Below, piece by piece: positions 12,683 through 24,895 of a stretch of 64,000 bases of DNA (position 1 is the stretch's first letter; every line of letters starts with the position of its first letter). The translations under genes were made by a program, and so were the position numbers. This DNA is from Vitrella brassicaformis CCMP3155. Its lineage: Eukaryota > Protista > Chromerida. The notes below the pieces were generated by a model. The model did no database searches. It was not told the DNA's origin and was given only the letters and a program-made list of their open reading frames with translations. Location: positions 1 to 64,000 of the forward strand of contig CDMY01000397.1 of assembly GCA_001179505.1 (NCBI GenBank). The letters are read 5' to 3'.

Positions 12683-12790
12683 CCGCCGGTTTTCGTATAC
12701 AAATTTACGCAGCCGTTAGGTGCGTTTTAAAGCTCAGCCAAGAGAAGGAGAATCCACGAGCCTCACAGAGACAAGCGTCACATACACACC

Positions 12791-13770
12791 ATGGGCGGCG
12801 AGTCAGTGAGCACCGCGAGCACCACCAACGGGACCACCCCCTACTCAGTGCCGGCTGGTGTGGCCACCAAGGCGCAGAACATCTACTTCCACGAGGGCAA
12901 CCTCAGCCGCGATGAGAGGGAGGCCCTCATGGGACACAAAGGTGCCACCATTTGGATGACCGGACTCTCGGGGTCAGGCAAGTCTACCGTTGCAGTCGCC
13001 TTCGAACAGGTCAGCCAGGGAGGGGGGGGGGGATGCAGAGGAGGAGGGCAGCAAGCACCGCCGCCTGTCGATGCTTGCCAACGGCACCTTTTCGTTCTGT
13101 GTGTTGTGTGTCCAGGTGTTGCATCAGCGCGGCATCCACGCGTACCGTTTGGACGGCGACAACGTGCGTTTCGGCCTCAACAAGAACCTCGGCTTCTCCG
13201 CTGAGGACCGCGCCGAGAACATTAGACGCATCGGGGAGGTCGCCAAGCTCTTTGCCGATGCCGGTAGGTAGGCAGGGAGGGAATGGAGGGAGGGAGTAAT
13301 GGACAGACGCACAGCCACACGCCACTGCTGGTCTCCTCTCTGTGTGTGTTGGTTGGTGGCATAGGTATGGTGGTGATCACGTCGTTCATTTCTCCCTACA
13401 AGGCCGACCGCGACGCCGCCCGTGAGCTGCACAAGGCGGCCGGCCTGGCCTTCTACGAGGTGCACGTCAACTGCCCTCTCGAGGAGGCCGAGAAGCGCGA
13501 CCCCAAGGGCCTCTACAAGAAGGCTCGCGCCGGTCAGATCAAGGGCTTCACCGGCATCGACGACCCCTTCGAGGCGCCCGAGCAGGCCGAGATCGACCTC
13601 AGGACCGACCAGCTGTCCGTCGAACAGGCCGTTCAGGTCAGTCAACCAGCCACACGACAGATGGCAGACGTGTGTTAACTCTCGTGGTGTTGCCCGTGTG
13701 TGTGGGTCAGGTGATGTTGGACAAGCTGGAGGAGGGCGGCATCCTGTCGGCGGCCGGCTCCCAGGTCTAA
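12791..13770 (+). CDS. cysC: Adenylyl-sulfate (APS) kinase
   Basis: [17 protein letters not shown]-loop, [77 protein letters not shown]; three GT-AG introns; TAA at 13768-13770. Confidence 0.97.
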
Positions 13771-14437
13771 ACGACCAGGACAACACACCCACACGACACC
13801 AGAGGGGCCACCGAACACCTATCGCATCACACGACTCTGCTCGAGAACAAGAGAAAAGGGGAAAGACAGGAGGGAGGAGAGGGAGCGAAGGCGAGAGAGA
13901 ATTATTCGTGTTTATCGCTGTGTGTGTGTGCGTGCATGGGTCTGTGGCTTTTCAGGGGTGTCGATAGATACGTATACTACATGTGGGCTCAGCTCTGCTC
14001 GATCAGAAAGTGGTTTGATGCGTGCCTTTATCACACGTACGAGTGTATGATGGGGTACCACGAGCCCGATGTCCGTATTTCCGTGGCTGTCGTGAGCGGT
14101 AAATGGTGCCACATGGATGGGGGGAGGGGGGCGAAAACGCCTAATTCTTTATCGGCGTGCGTCGTCCCTTGACTCTCGACGCGTGTGTCCGTCGCTCTCT
14201 CTCTCTCGTGCCCTGTGTGTATGTGCACGTCAGTGAGTGGATGAGCATAGCGTGGCATTGCGTAGCGCTGGGTCGTGAGGGTGGGTGATGCTCGTGGGCG
14301 AAAGCGTGACGAATGAATGCGATTGCGTCGTAGATGGCAGACAGACGTGACGGACACATGTTATGTACGTCTACTGTTGACGTCCAATTCATCCAAGTCC
14401 CCACGAACACACACATACACACACACACACACATCCA

Positions 14438-16456
14438 TCAGTAAAAGTCGCCCTTCTTGGCCTCTGCGGTGCGAAGCCTCTCGGCGATGTTCTCCTCCCT
14501 GACGCGCTTGTGTGAGATCTGCACCTCCCTGATGCGCTGCTTTATCAGCTCAGTGCGCTCGTCCGCATACCCTTCCAAGCGCTGGTACCTATCACACACA
14601 AAGCACACAGCATGAGAGGCACGTGCACGTGTGTGGAAGGTGAGCTGTGTGTATCTGTCTGTGGACAGGACAGACCTGATGTCTTGGCTGAGTTGTTGAA
14701 TGAGTTTGTCGAACTCTGGGCCGTCCTCCTTGGACGTGTGTGTGATGAGGGTGCAGCTCTTGAGGTACTGACGGAAGGCATCCTGGTACTCCTTGGCCTG
14801 ATGTGTGGATTCACGGATGCATCGACACACAAGACGACGGTGTGCTGACCAGTGGGTGGGTGCCTGCCGTGTGGATGCGTACCTGCATGGCCCTCCACTT
14901 CTCGTACTCGTCTGTCAGCACTTGCTCAGGCATGTGCTGGAACCGCTTGTCGCTCATCACACTCAACGCATCCATCGCCTGACAAACACACGGACAGATC
15001 GACCGCAGCAGACACACAAACATCTCAGGCCATTCCCCTGGTGATTTCTCTCCCGTGGTTCGCACCTCTTTGAACGTCATTGATGGTGAGATCTGTGTGC
15101 TCTGCTGCAGCACCAGAGACAGCAGCTTCCGACGCTCAGCCAAACACTGCCTGATGGACAAAGATAGAGACCGCAGGAAACGCACAGACGGGTATTTATG
15201 TCACCATGGTCGTCTGGCTGTACATCATGCTCACTTCTCGAACATATCGAAGAGCCGTTCCTTGTCTTGCTGAGAGAGCAGATCTGACGAGTCTCGGGGG
15301 TCGTTCGCCAGCTGACTCGACACGTCAGCATACCTGAACACACATACGTCCCTATCTCATTGAGCGGGCACCATAGCACGCTCACTTTTTGCCGAATGGG
15401 TTCTTGACACGTTCAGCGAGCATGTTGCGGAAGCTGCTCTCAGCCTCTCCCTTCATCAGCTTCTGGCGCTTCTTGTCGACATCGTCGCCCTCGTCCTCCT
15501 TGCCAGCCTCATCCTTGCCCCCCTCGCCCCTCTCCCTCTCCCTCTCGCGCTTCCGGCCATGCGCACGGAAGAACTCACCGCACACCTGATGGATGGATGG
15601 AAGAGTGCATCACACAAGTGTTCGTGTTTCTCTTTGTGTGGTTTGTGTGTGCCGCTAACTCTTTCGAAAATGTCTTCACGCGTGGCCGACGTGACGGCGC
15701 TGTACCTGGGGTCGTCGCGCAGCCCCTGCTTGACGCGCTGCCACCGGGGAGGCTCGACGCGAGAGACGTCTGTCTCTCTGCGGCTTTCCTTCTCCCGTGA
15801 CTCAGTCTCTCTCTGCACATATGACTGCACACAAGGGGAACGACCACAAGAGAGGGGGGTCGACAAATGTGTGTGTGCGTGGTCGTATGAGTGTGGCTCA
15901 GTCACTTGTAGGAACTCGTAGATCATGTCCCTGAACGCCTTTCGCGCCGCCTCCCGCCTCTCCTCGCGAGCCTTCTTGCGCACATTGATCCTGGTCGATG
16001 GATGGATGACACACAGATGGCTGTTCGGTGGCTGGCTGTTCCCTCCTCCCATCCATGCACAGCATGGCATCCATTCATACCTCTCCTGTACGAGTGTGCG
16101 TCGTGTTTTCGAGTCCATGGCCTTCCACCTGTGGTCGTCCTGGTACCGAAGTGCGACGGTCTCGACGGTGCTGGAGGGGTGGATGTCGTCACGCCGCTCG
16201 GCCTCGTCCAACAGCTCCACAAACTTGTCATGCACCTGCAAGCACACACAGGCAGACAGAGGGCTGGATTGATGGTTCTGTTGGTTAGCTGGCTAGATGG
16301 ATTCCTGACCTCCTTTTTGGATTTGGTCCTCTGTCTTCGTTTCTCCTCAGCGATCTCCTTGATGAACTTATCGTACATGATGCGGCGCTGGTCAGTCGAC
16401 ACGGCCGTGAACCGACTGTCGTACATGAGCTTGGGCAATGCCTGCACAAACACACA

Positions 16457-16491
<35 letters not shown>

Positions 16492-18034
16492 GGATCCTGT
16501 TTTGTTTCTCTCTCCCACTCTGTGCAGTGTGTGTGGGTAGGGATGCTTTACCTTGTCGTACGGCGGAATGCCTGTGATGTTGATCTCCCTGAGCACGTCC
16601 TTGAAGTCCTCCACCTTCTTCATCTGCTCAATCAGACGGCGCTTCTCCTCATCCAACTGATACCCACACACACACACACACACACACACATAAACACACA
16701 CCAAAGGCACCTGCACGACACGCCGGCCTGTCTGTGTGTCTGCCTGCTTGCCTGTTGTTCGTCGTCGGATTCTTCCTCGTCCGAGCTTTCCTCGCCCTCC
16801 TCCTTCTCTGGCGGCTCCCCGCCCTCACCAGCCATCTTCTCATCGCCCACATCGTTCTCACCACCGCCCTCCTCAGGCTCTTTCGCCTCTCCCTCTCCCT
16901 CACCGTCCCCCTTCTTGTCGGCGTCCTGCTGGGCCTCTCCCACCTGCTGCTGTTGCTGCTGCATTTCTTCCTCTGTGGGTGGGGGGATCTCGCCGTCGAG
17001 CTCCCTGACGATGGTGAGGATCTCATCAGGGCACGCCCACCTGCTGACGTTTGTCTCCTTGTTGCGGAAGTAGGTCATGCCATTCTCGCCGGTGATCCGC
17101 AGCCAGGGGGTGTTGCCAATCGTCTCATACTCGAGCACCTCACCAGCCGCCTGCATACACGAGGGAGGGGAACGCACATGCACCTGACGCATCTCCCTCC
17201 CTGCCTCACTCACTCACTGACCTGTTGCGGGTTCGTCCCGGCCACCACGACCACGTCTGTCTTGCCAGCCGGCCGCACCCACCGTGACTCCTTGCTGGTT
17301 GGGCAGTGGTAGTACTTGTGCCCGTTGGGCGCCAGATGCTCCTCCCACACCACCCGCTTCTCCACAGGCGGGGGCGGCTCAGCGAGGGCCGCCGGTGAGG
17401 GCATAATCACGGGCATGATAGGAGGTCCCGGGGCAATGATGTGTGGTGGGAAGGGGATGGTCCCCGGCGGCCTGTGCATGGACATCTGCATGTGCATCAT
17501 GAGGTGAGGGTGCATCATGTGAGGGGGGATGGGAGGGAGCAAGGGAGGCCGGCCGGTGGACACGATGCGCGGCTGGTAGGCAAGTCCAGGTTGAAGAGGA
17601 ATGTCGCCCTGGGCTGATGGGTAGACAGGGGCGGCCATTGAGTCGCCTGCCTGGCCTGTTTCTGCGCTGGCGGCAGGTTGCTGTGCGGGCTGTTGGGTGG
17701 CGGCAGCAGGCACCATGCCTGGCGGACCCATTCCGGGCGGAGGACCATCTGCACACACACACACACAGATCTCATGACAGCACCCATCCCTTCTGTCGCC
17801 CTCCTTCCCCCACACCTGATGCAGTGACAACCGTCGGCTGGTGCTGCAGTGCCGCCGCAGCCGTATCGGACGCAGCTGCGGGTGAAGCACCAGCAGCGGG
17901 CAGCGGAGCGTCACCAGACGGTGTACTGAACACAACACACAATGGCAAATGGACAAGCATCGGCATGCAGACAAATCATCGCCTGGCTACCGACATCTAT
18001 CTCTACAGATGCACCTAGTGTTTCACCTGCTCAT
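14438..18034 (-). CDS. TCERG1: WW- and FF-domain protein, TCERG1/CA150-like (Prp40-related)
   Basis: WW domains WEEHLAPNGHKYYHCPTSKESRWVRP and PWLRITGENGMTYFRNKETNVSRWACP. FF repeats e.g. EDFKDVLREINITGIPPYDKALPKLMYDSRFTAV, DKFVELLDE...DDHRWKAM, QGLRDDPRYSAV. First exon ATGAGCAG|GT; stop after KKGDFY at 14438. Confidence 0.85.
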
Positions 18035-18309
18035 GTGCTTCCGAACTTCGACACGATATGCTGCGAATCAATATTGATCTGATCCGGCAGCGCCTGCAGC
18101 TCAGCCAGGCCTCTCGCTTTGCGCAAAAGAACAGAAAATCTGCCCTGCGCTTTCAACTCACGCAGCAGCGGTTTCAGGGAGCACCCTAGGTGGCCTGACG
18201 GCCAAGTCCCCTGTCGGTCTGTCCAACATGAAAACAGGCACCCCAACATGCAACCCGGACACGAAACACGCAGCACGCAGAGGGCAGATGCAGCAGACAG
18301 GCTTTCAAC

Positions 18310-18323
18310 TCAGCTCGCAGATC
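18310..18323. promoter_or_regulatory. Candidate promoter element TCAGCTCGCAGATC (core AGCTCGCA)
   Basis: Lies in the TCERG1/GT-NT5C divergent spacer; the same core occurs at 2157, 6291, 24793, 37542 and 45480. Confidence 0.55.
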
Positions 18324-18514
18324 TGCTAGGGTGCTCCTGTGAAACCGCTGCGGTGCTGAGCGGAAGCGGCGGAGAAACTGATCAGGACACACAGAAACAG
18401 ACGACCCTACTCTGCCCTGAGCACCTTACACTGAGATCTGCTTCTCTGTTTCTTCTTTGCTGCTCTCGAGCCACTGGTGACCTTGCTTGATTTTGCGACT
18501 CGAATTGCACAGTC

Positions 18515-21500
18515 ATGTACGGCACGGTGCTCTTATGCGCTCAGAACATGGTGCGAAGACGGAACACAACACAATACATACACACAGGGCAGAAATGACT
18601 GTCTGTGTCATGACGTGTGTGGTGCAGGCTGTGAGCGGCGCGAATCAGGTGCTGCTCAACATCGTGGAGGGCGGCCTCTTCCAGGGACAGATACTCCTGC
18701 TGTCGCCATCCAGAGGGGTGGGCAACCACATTGCAACTCTCATTGACTAATGACCGATGAGTGTGTCTGACTGTGTGACAGCCATTTGAGGAGTTCTTCA
18801 ACAAGCATGGTGTCGGTGTGGTCATCGGCACACTCGACACCGTCCTGCAGAAAGCGAGAGATATCAGATATGCCGTACGAATGCACTCATTGAGACGGCG
18901 TGGCCCATTCACTCACTTCAGTTTCGGCCGCCGTCCGCCCGTGTGTGTGCGTGAATGATTAGGTGTGCAACACGATCATGACTGCCCACATCGTGTGTCG
19001 GCTGGCGGACCTCAACATCCCTCACTTCTGGATACTGCACGAGTGGTGGCCCCTCGATGACATGTACACGCACACACACGACACAAGCAGGAGAGAAGGC
19101 CATCAAAACACACGTTCTCCTTGCCGCTGTCAGGTTGCCCGATGAGCTTGCGAAGCGGAATGTGAAGTTCATGGACACCAAGACGGTGCGGCAGGCCTTC
19201 AAGGTCTGCAACTGTGTGGTCAACGTGTCGCACAACCAGAGGGCCATGTACGGGCTCAAAGACGCCGACAACGCCGACGTGGTGCATGTCGGGGTGCCGC
19301 CGCCCAACGACGCGACGAGCTTTGTGGAGGCCAAGCTGTCGACGGCAGGCAACAAGGAGGAGATGATCATACTCGTACAAAACCCATCCACACAGACGTG
19401 CTGCCTCAATGTGACTTCCCTCTGTGTGTGTTGTGCTTGTGTGTGTAGGTGTTGGGCATCGTGTGTCCGCGGAAGAATCAGCACACGGCCGTGCGCATAT
19501 TCAAGAAACTCGCCGGCGACAGGAAGGTCAGCCAAGCAGCAGGCCAGCTGCACGTGCCTCGAGTATGCACACGTGTTTGTGTTTGTGTGTGGTGTGGTCA
19601 GGATGTGCGTCTGGTGATAGTGGGTGCCCGTTACATCCGGGACTATGAGATCGAGTACGTCGAGCAAGTCAAACAGGAGATTGGAGGTCCGCACACAAAT
19701 GACACAAAATGATACACACAACTGACCACGAGTCTGTGTCTGTGTCTGTGTCGTGTACGTGTCAGACGACAGCCGCATTGAGCTGCACGAGGTCACCAAG
19801 GAGCCTGACAGGTATCCACACACACTCACATCGCCTCCCGCCACCTCCCCGGCCATTTACTTGTCCATCCGCCATACATGCAGGTTTTATCGCCGAGCCG
19901 ACGTGTTGCTGGTGACGTCACTCAACGAGGTGACGCCCATGGTCATCCCCGAGGCCATGATGCGCGGCCTGCCAGTCGTCACGACCGACATCGCCGGCAT
20001 CCCAGAGATGCTCACACACGGCACTCACGGATTCGTATACCCACCGGAGCAAGAGGACTCCTTTGTCGAGGTGCGTGCCTTTGTCTGTCAGGCCGCCGTG
20101 TGATCTCTCTTTCTCACGTGTGTCTTTCTGTTTGCACCACCATGTAGGCGTTGTCAAAGCTGGTGGATGACCCGCAGCTGCGGGCAGACATGGGCAAGGT
20201 ATGCAGGAACGGATTGAGATAGCAAGTAGACCGCACCATGAGTGTGCTGTGCTGTGTTGCGTCGTGTTTTGTTGGTTGGTCCAGCGTGCGTCGGAGCATG
20301 CGATGGCCACTTTTGCGCTGAGCGTCATGACGTTTAAGTACTGCAAAATCGCCCTTTCCATCTCGCCAACCATCATACTCATCGACATGGACGGTATACA
20401 GGCAGCCAGACAGGCAGGCAGGCAGGCAGGAAGCAACCACATCGAGACACAGAGACACATTTGTGCTGTGCTGTGTGGGCATGTCAGGAACATTGGTTGA
20501 CTGGGACGCCGGATTCTATGCGCATTGGAAGGACCGTTCGAGTGTGGACCGGACGGTGTCATACGCGATGGAGGAGTGCGTCCCCAAGAACTACAGACAG
20601 GAGGCCATGGACATCTTCCACTCAAAGGGCTTCTTCCTCAACCTCCCTGTACGCACCCCTCTCCTCCATTCAAAGCAATCAAACAGCGTCCATCCATCCA
20701 TCCATCCATATCTATCTCTGTGTGCAGCCGTACCCTGGTGCGATTGAGGCGTTGAAGGCGATGACGGCCGCGGGTTATGAGGTGTGGATAGCCACCAGCC
20801 CCATCAAGACCAGCCACTACTGCGCCCAGGAGAAGCTCGAGTGGGTCCTGAAACACCTCGGCCAAGAGTGGATCGCCAAAACCATACTCACACAGGTATG
20901 GTAGGCTCCTACATAGGGCACCCGCCACGTGCCGCGTGCGCACAGCACGTGGTGTTGTGTGTCGGTTTCTTTCTCTCTCTGTCAGGACAAGACGGTGTTG
21001 CGTGGTGACTTCCTGATCGACGACAAGCCTTTCATCAAGGGGGCACAGCAGGCACACTCATGGCATCAGGTACGCACAATCAGCACACACACTCACACAC
21101 ACACACGCACACGTCTTCTCACCTCCACCTCTGCTCTGTCCTCCCCTCCTCCCTCCCCTCCTCCCTCCTGTCTGTCTGTGTCTGTCAGATCATATTCGAC
21201 CAGCCGTACAACGGGCATCGGGGCGACCTGAGCCGCATGTACCGGTGGACAGAGTGGCAGGAGGTGCTGGACGAGGCACTCAGCCAAGTGGCACACCTCG
21301 ACGACGTCCCCTCCTCACCACCCAAGTCACCCCTCTCGCCCTTCTCACCCGACGCACTGGTCAGATGAGTGGATCGATGGACGGATGGGTGTGGCGGATG
21401 GCTTCATCTGTTATGCTGTGCTGTGCTGTGCTGGTAATCGACAGAAGTGGCAGAAGTTCAAGGAGGAGGTCGACGCGCTGCCCGACTTCTCGTCATACCT

Positions 21501-21912
21501 CAAGGGGGTTGATGAGTGGAGGAAAGACTACACGTCATGGAGGACCGGTACGGTGGACACACACACACGGCAAGACCGGTGTGTGTATGGTGCGTGAATG
21601 TGTGTGTGGTTGAATGGCTGCAGGCAAGGGCCAGGGCGCCAAGGGTGACGTGCGCGATGTGCTCAAGTCGATTGAGAACATCAAGCGCGAGATGGCCCTG
21701 CTCAACATGGACGAGACGCAGGGAGACCCCGCAGAAATGCACATCTTCAGGAAAGGTAAAGACGTCCACACATCCAGAGAGAACAAGACACCCACCACAC
21801 ACACACAGGTGCATCCATGATGGTCACGATTGTGTGTTGGTCATTTTTGATAGGCTACACGCAATGGAGGCGGGGCAGCCCTTCCGGTGCTCGCGGCGGG
21901 CCACTGGGCTAG
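18515..21912 (+). CDS. Fusion protein: GT-B/GT4-type glycosyltransferase + 5'(3')-deoxyribonucleotidase (NT5C-type HAD) + C-terminal extension
   Basis: GT half: MYGTVLLCAQNM|AVSGANQVLL, WILHEWWP, GIVCPRKNQH, ADVLLVTSLNEVTPMVIPEAMMRGLPVVTTDIAGIPEM (E-x7-E motif). It continues in one exon into IILIDMDG|TLVDWD, then ATSP and EKLEWVLKHLGQEWIAKTILTQDKTVLRGDFLIDDKPFIKG (NT5C hallmark segments). Stop TAG 21910-21912. Confidence 0.88.
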
Positions 21913-23478
21913 CTACACAGACCTGCACATCTGCCACATACAATGGTTTCATTTTCTCGTCGACGCATCCATCACTTTCTCTGTCTCTGTGTGCCGGCGG
22001 CCGAGTAGACACAGAGAGCCTCGATCACACTGCATTCGGTGGGATGTCTGGCGGTTTTGGACTGACCTGACTCGTCGTGTCGTGTCTGTCTGTGTCTGTG
22101 TCGTGTGTGTCGTGCATGTTGGATGGATGAAGGATTTTTGATGCCCTGCTGAGCTAGACATGGAGAGACGGCGGGGGCCTGCATGTGCGTGTTTTGTTCA
22201 TCGAAGGATTGTCCAGAGAGACATGGGGAATGATTTTGCTGCATGGCATGTGCGGGTGTTTGTGTGCGTCCTCTTTTCCGTGCGAGGAGCGTCCTGTGGG
22301 CTGCTGGGTTGTCTTGTGCCGGTGGTGTGTGTGGGTGGGTGCCACACACTGCAGTGCAGCTGTCGCCCACGTGTGCTGTGTCCATTCTCATTTTCTCGGC
22401 TGATCGTCTCCGAAGGAGCATAGCACAGCGTTCCACTACATCGATCCTTTTGCTTGTGCGCTTCGCATGGTCCGTTCACGTTTCCTTGTTTGTTGTTTTG
22501 TCATGGCTCTCCCTGGGTCACCGCTCTCGGTGCCGCCCTGGGTAGCGCCGCTATCGCCAACGGCCACACGTCCCCTGGGTAGACGGGAGGGTGTGTGTGC
22601 GGTGACGGTGGCGGGTGCGATCCACGCGGCAGCCAAGATTGGCGACGTGAACGAAGAGAAAGAGCCCCAACTGAATGAATGAATGACTGGCTGACTGACT
22701 CGCTGATTGCAATGCCGTGTTCCATGTACATAGACCAACCATCACATTCATACAGACATACACACACACATTCATGCCGTGAGAGGGGAGGTGAGAGGGG
22801 AGGGAGGGAGGGACGCACCTGGTAAAAAGAGAGATCCATCGCGATTTCTTGTGTTTCTGGTGCTCACACTGACATGCATGGATGTCCACGGACGTATGTG
22901 TGTGTGTGGGGATCCATCCTGCTTGCAGTTGGGTGTGAGGGTGGGTAGGACTGTTCATGCCCTTGATGCCACGCCCGTCGAGGCTTATCGTACACCGTGA
23001 GGACGCGTCTGTGGATGGATGTGCGAACGTCTCAACGGTCTCTACATCACATCGCTGTCTTTCGAGCCTGAACACACTCCCCACATGAGCATCCCGCCAC
23101 TGCAGCAGAGATATCCGCCACCATGTGCAAGGCGACAGACATAGCTACTGCACATGAAGCTGTAGATGTCAGAGAGCGTCACAAGACTCCATACACAACA
23201 ATACTGCACAAGAAAAGGCACCCGACCAACAGCATGAAGCAGCCATGAAACCAATGAAAGAGGCAGCAAGCAGCAAGAGGTCATTCCTTCCTGTGTTGTG
23301 CCTGTCTGTCAGCCGCCGCCCCGCCAAGGCACGCAGTGAGTGACAGGCCTCACTCACTGTGTTCCTTGACAAGAGGGCGGCTAACAGCCAGCGCAGCAAC
23401 ACGCACCACGCGGCCACACCAAGGAAAGCACCAGAGAGAAAGAGAGAGAGAGAGAGAGGGACAGAGAGAGAGAAGGCG

Positions 23479-24704
23479 TCATCTGACGTCTCGGTTGTAC
23501 TTGGTCATGGTCTGCCGTATCATCCGCATCATCTCGACATCCTGACACCAAAACACACACACACACACACACACACATGCTGCCTCCCTACCCGGCTGGC
23601 TGACTGACTGACTGCCTGACCTTCTTGTAGTCGTATGTCCTGGCCAGCGCGTCCTCGGGCAGCGTGTCCTTCGGGCCATCGGCCTCTGCACAAACAAACG
23701 CACACGCAGGGGGAAACAAGCGGCCATCCATACCTACTTTCTGTGTGGGTGTGAGCCGCCCCCGTCTCACGTACTGTCTTCATAGTTGATGATCCTCCGT
23801 TTCTGCACAAAAACAGGTCAGTCGTATCGCACCAAGCCTCAGTGTGTGTCTGGCTGGTCAACGCTTATCCGTTGTCGGCCCACCGATTCTGGCCATGGGA
23901 TGACGGTCCCTGTCTTCTTAGAGATGCGCACTGATACATAAGGGGGGAGAGGAGGGATGCTTCCGATCAGAAACCATTTGCCCGCCATCTCACCTTTCTG
24001 CCCGTCATCAGTGTACCGCAGTGCCACTCTCGTCGTCTCTCTGCAACACACACACACACACAGATGCAGAGATCATGGGCGTATCGACCGCTTGGCGGGC
24101 AAGTGATGTGTGGACCTGAGGACAGGGTCGAGGAGCAGCACATTGGAGTAGTGGATCTTCTTCTCAATGTAGATCCACTTGTTCTGCCAGAAGATCTTCC
24201 GCTGAACACCAGACACACACACACACACACGGGCGACACAGGGTCAAGAAACCATGGAGGCCTTGCCCGTCTTCCCTTTTCCAAGCTGACCAGGTTGCAT
24301 CCCTTGACCTTGACCTGGTTTCTGAGCGCATCGGTCGCCAGCACCTTGCCCGTCTTGCCCTTCTCCTTACCCATTATCACGCCAACCTGAACACACACAC
24401 ACAAACATGCACTCACTCACTCCCACCTGAGTGGTGCACCACCCCGCTGGTCCTTCGAATCTCTCACCTCATCCCCCGGTTTGATCTTCCAGTGTCTGAT
24501 GATGTTGCGCGGCTTCACCATCTTCGGGCCGCGGGCATCCCACCGCATGTAAGGGGCCGCGCCGGGATGAATCAGGCAGACTGAGAGGGCGGGGTGGGCA
24601 GATGGCGGGGCTGCCGAGGACGTGGCTGAGGCCGACAGGCATCCTGCAGTGGCATCAGCAGCACTGCTCGTTCCTCTCACGCCTCTCGTTGCAGCACGGA
24701 ACAT
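23479..24704 (-). CDS. MRPL24: Mitochondrial ribosomal protein uL24m with transit peptide
   Basis: Arg/Ser/Ala-rich leader MFRAATRGVRGTSS...; WKIKPGDEV|VGVIMGKEKGKTGKV (KOW); EEKIHYSNVLLLDP; RISKKTGTVIPWP; DGPKDTLPEDALARTY; stop at 23479. Confidence 0.9.
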
Positions 24705-24895
24705 CGGGCAGTGGCAGCAGCAGACGGTCAGTGGCACACGGCGGCCTCTCTCGCCCGCTCGTGTGCTCTTCTCTCTCCACGCTGGGGGACTTAGCTCGCA
24801 AGTGTCGCAACAGTGGCAGACGAAATGGCGTCAGCGATGGTCCCAGGAACTGCCATTGAGTCAGCGGAGAAGACGCCGGCCCTTGAGTTTGATAG

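Noticed and set aside
22100-23400. Possible small genes between the GT-NT5C fusion and uL24m
   Set aside because: Only short ORFs without motifs or consistent splice phases; compatible with 3' UTR or intergenic DNA.
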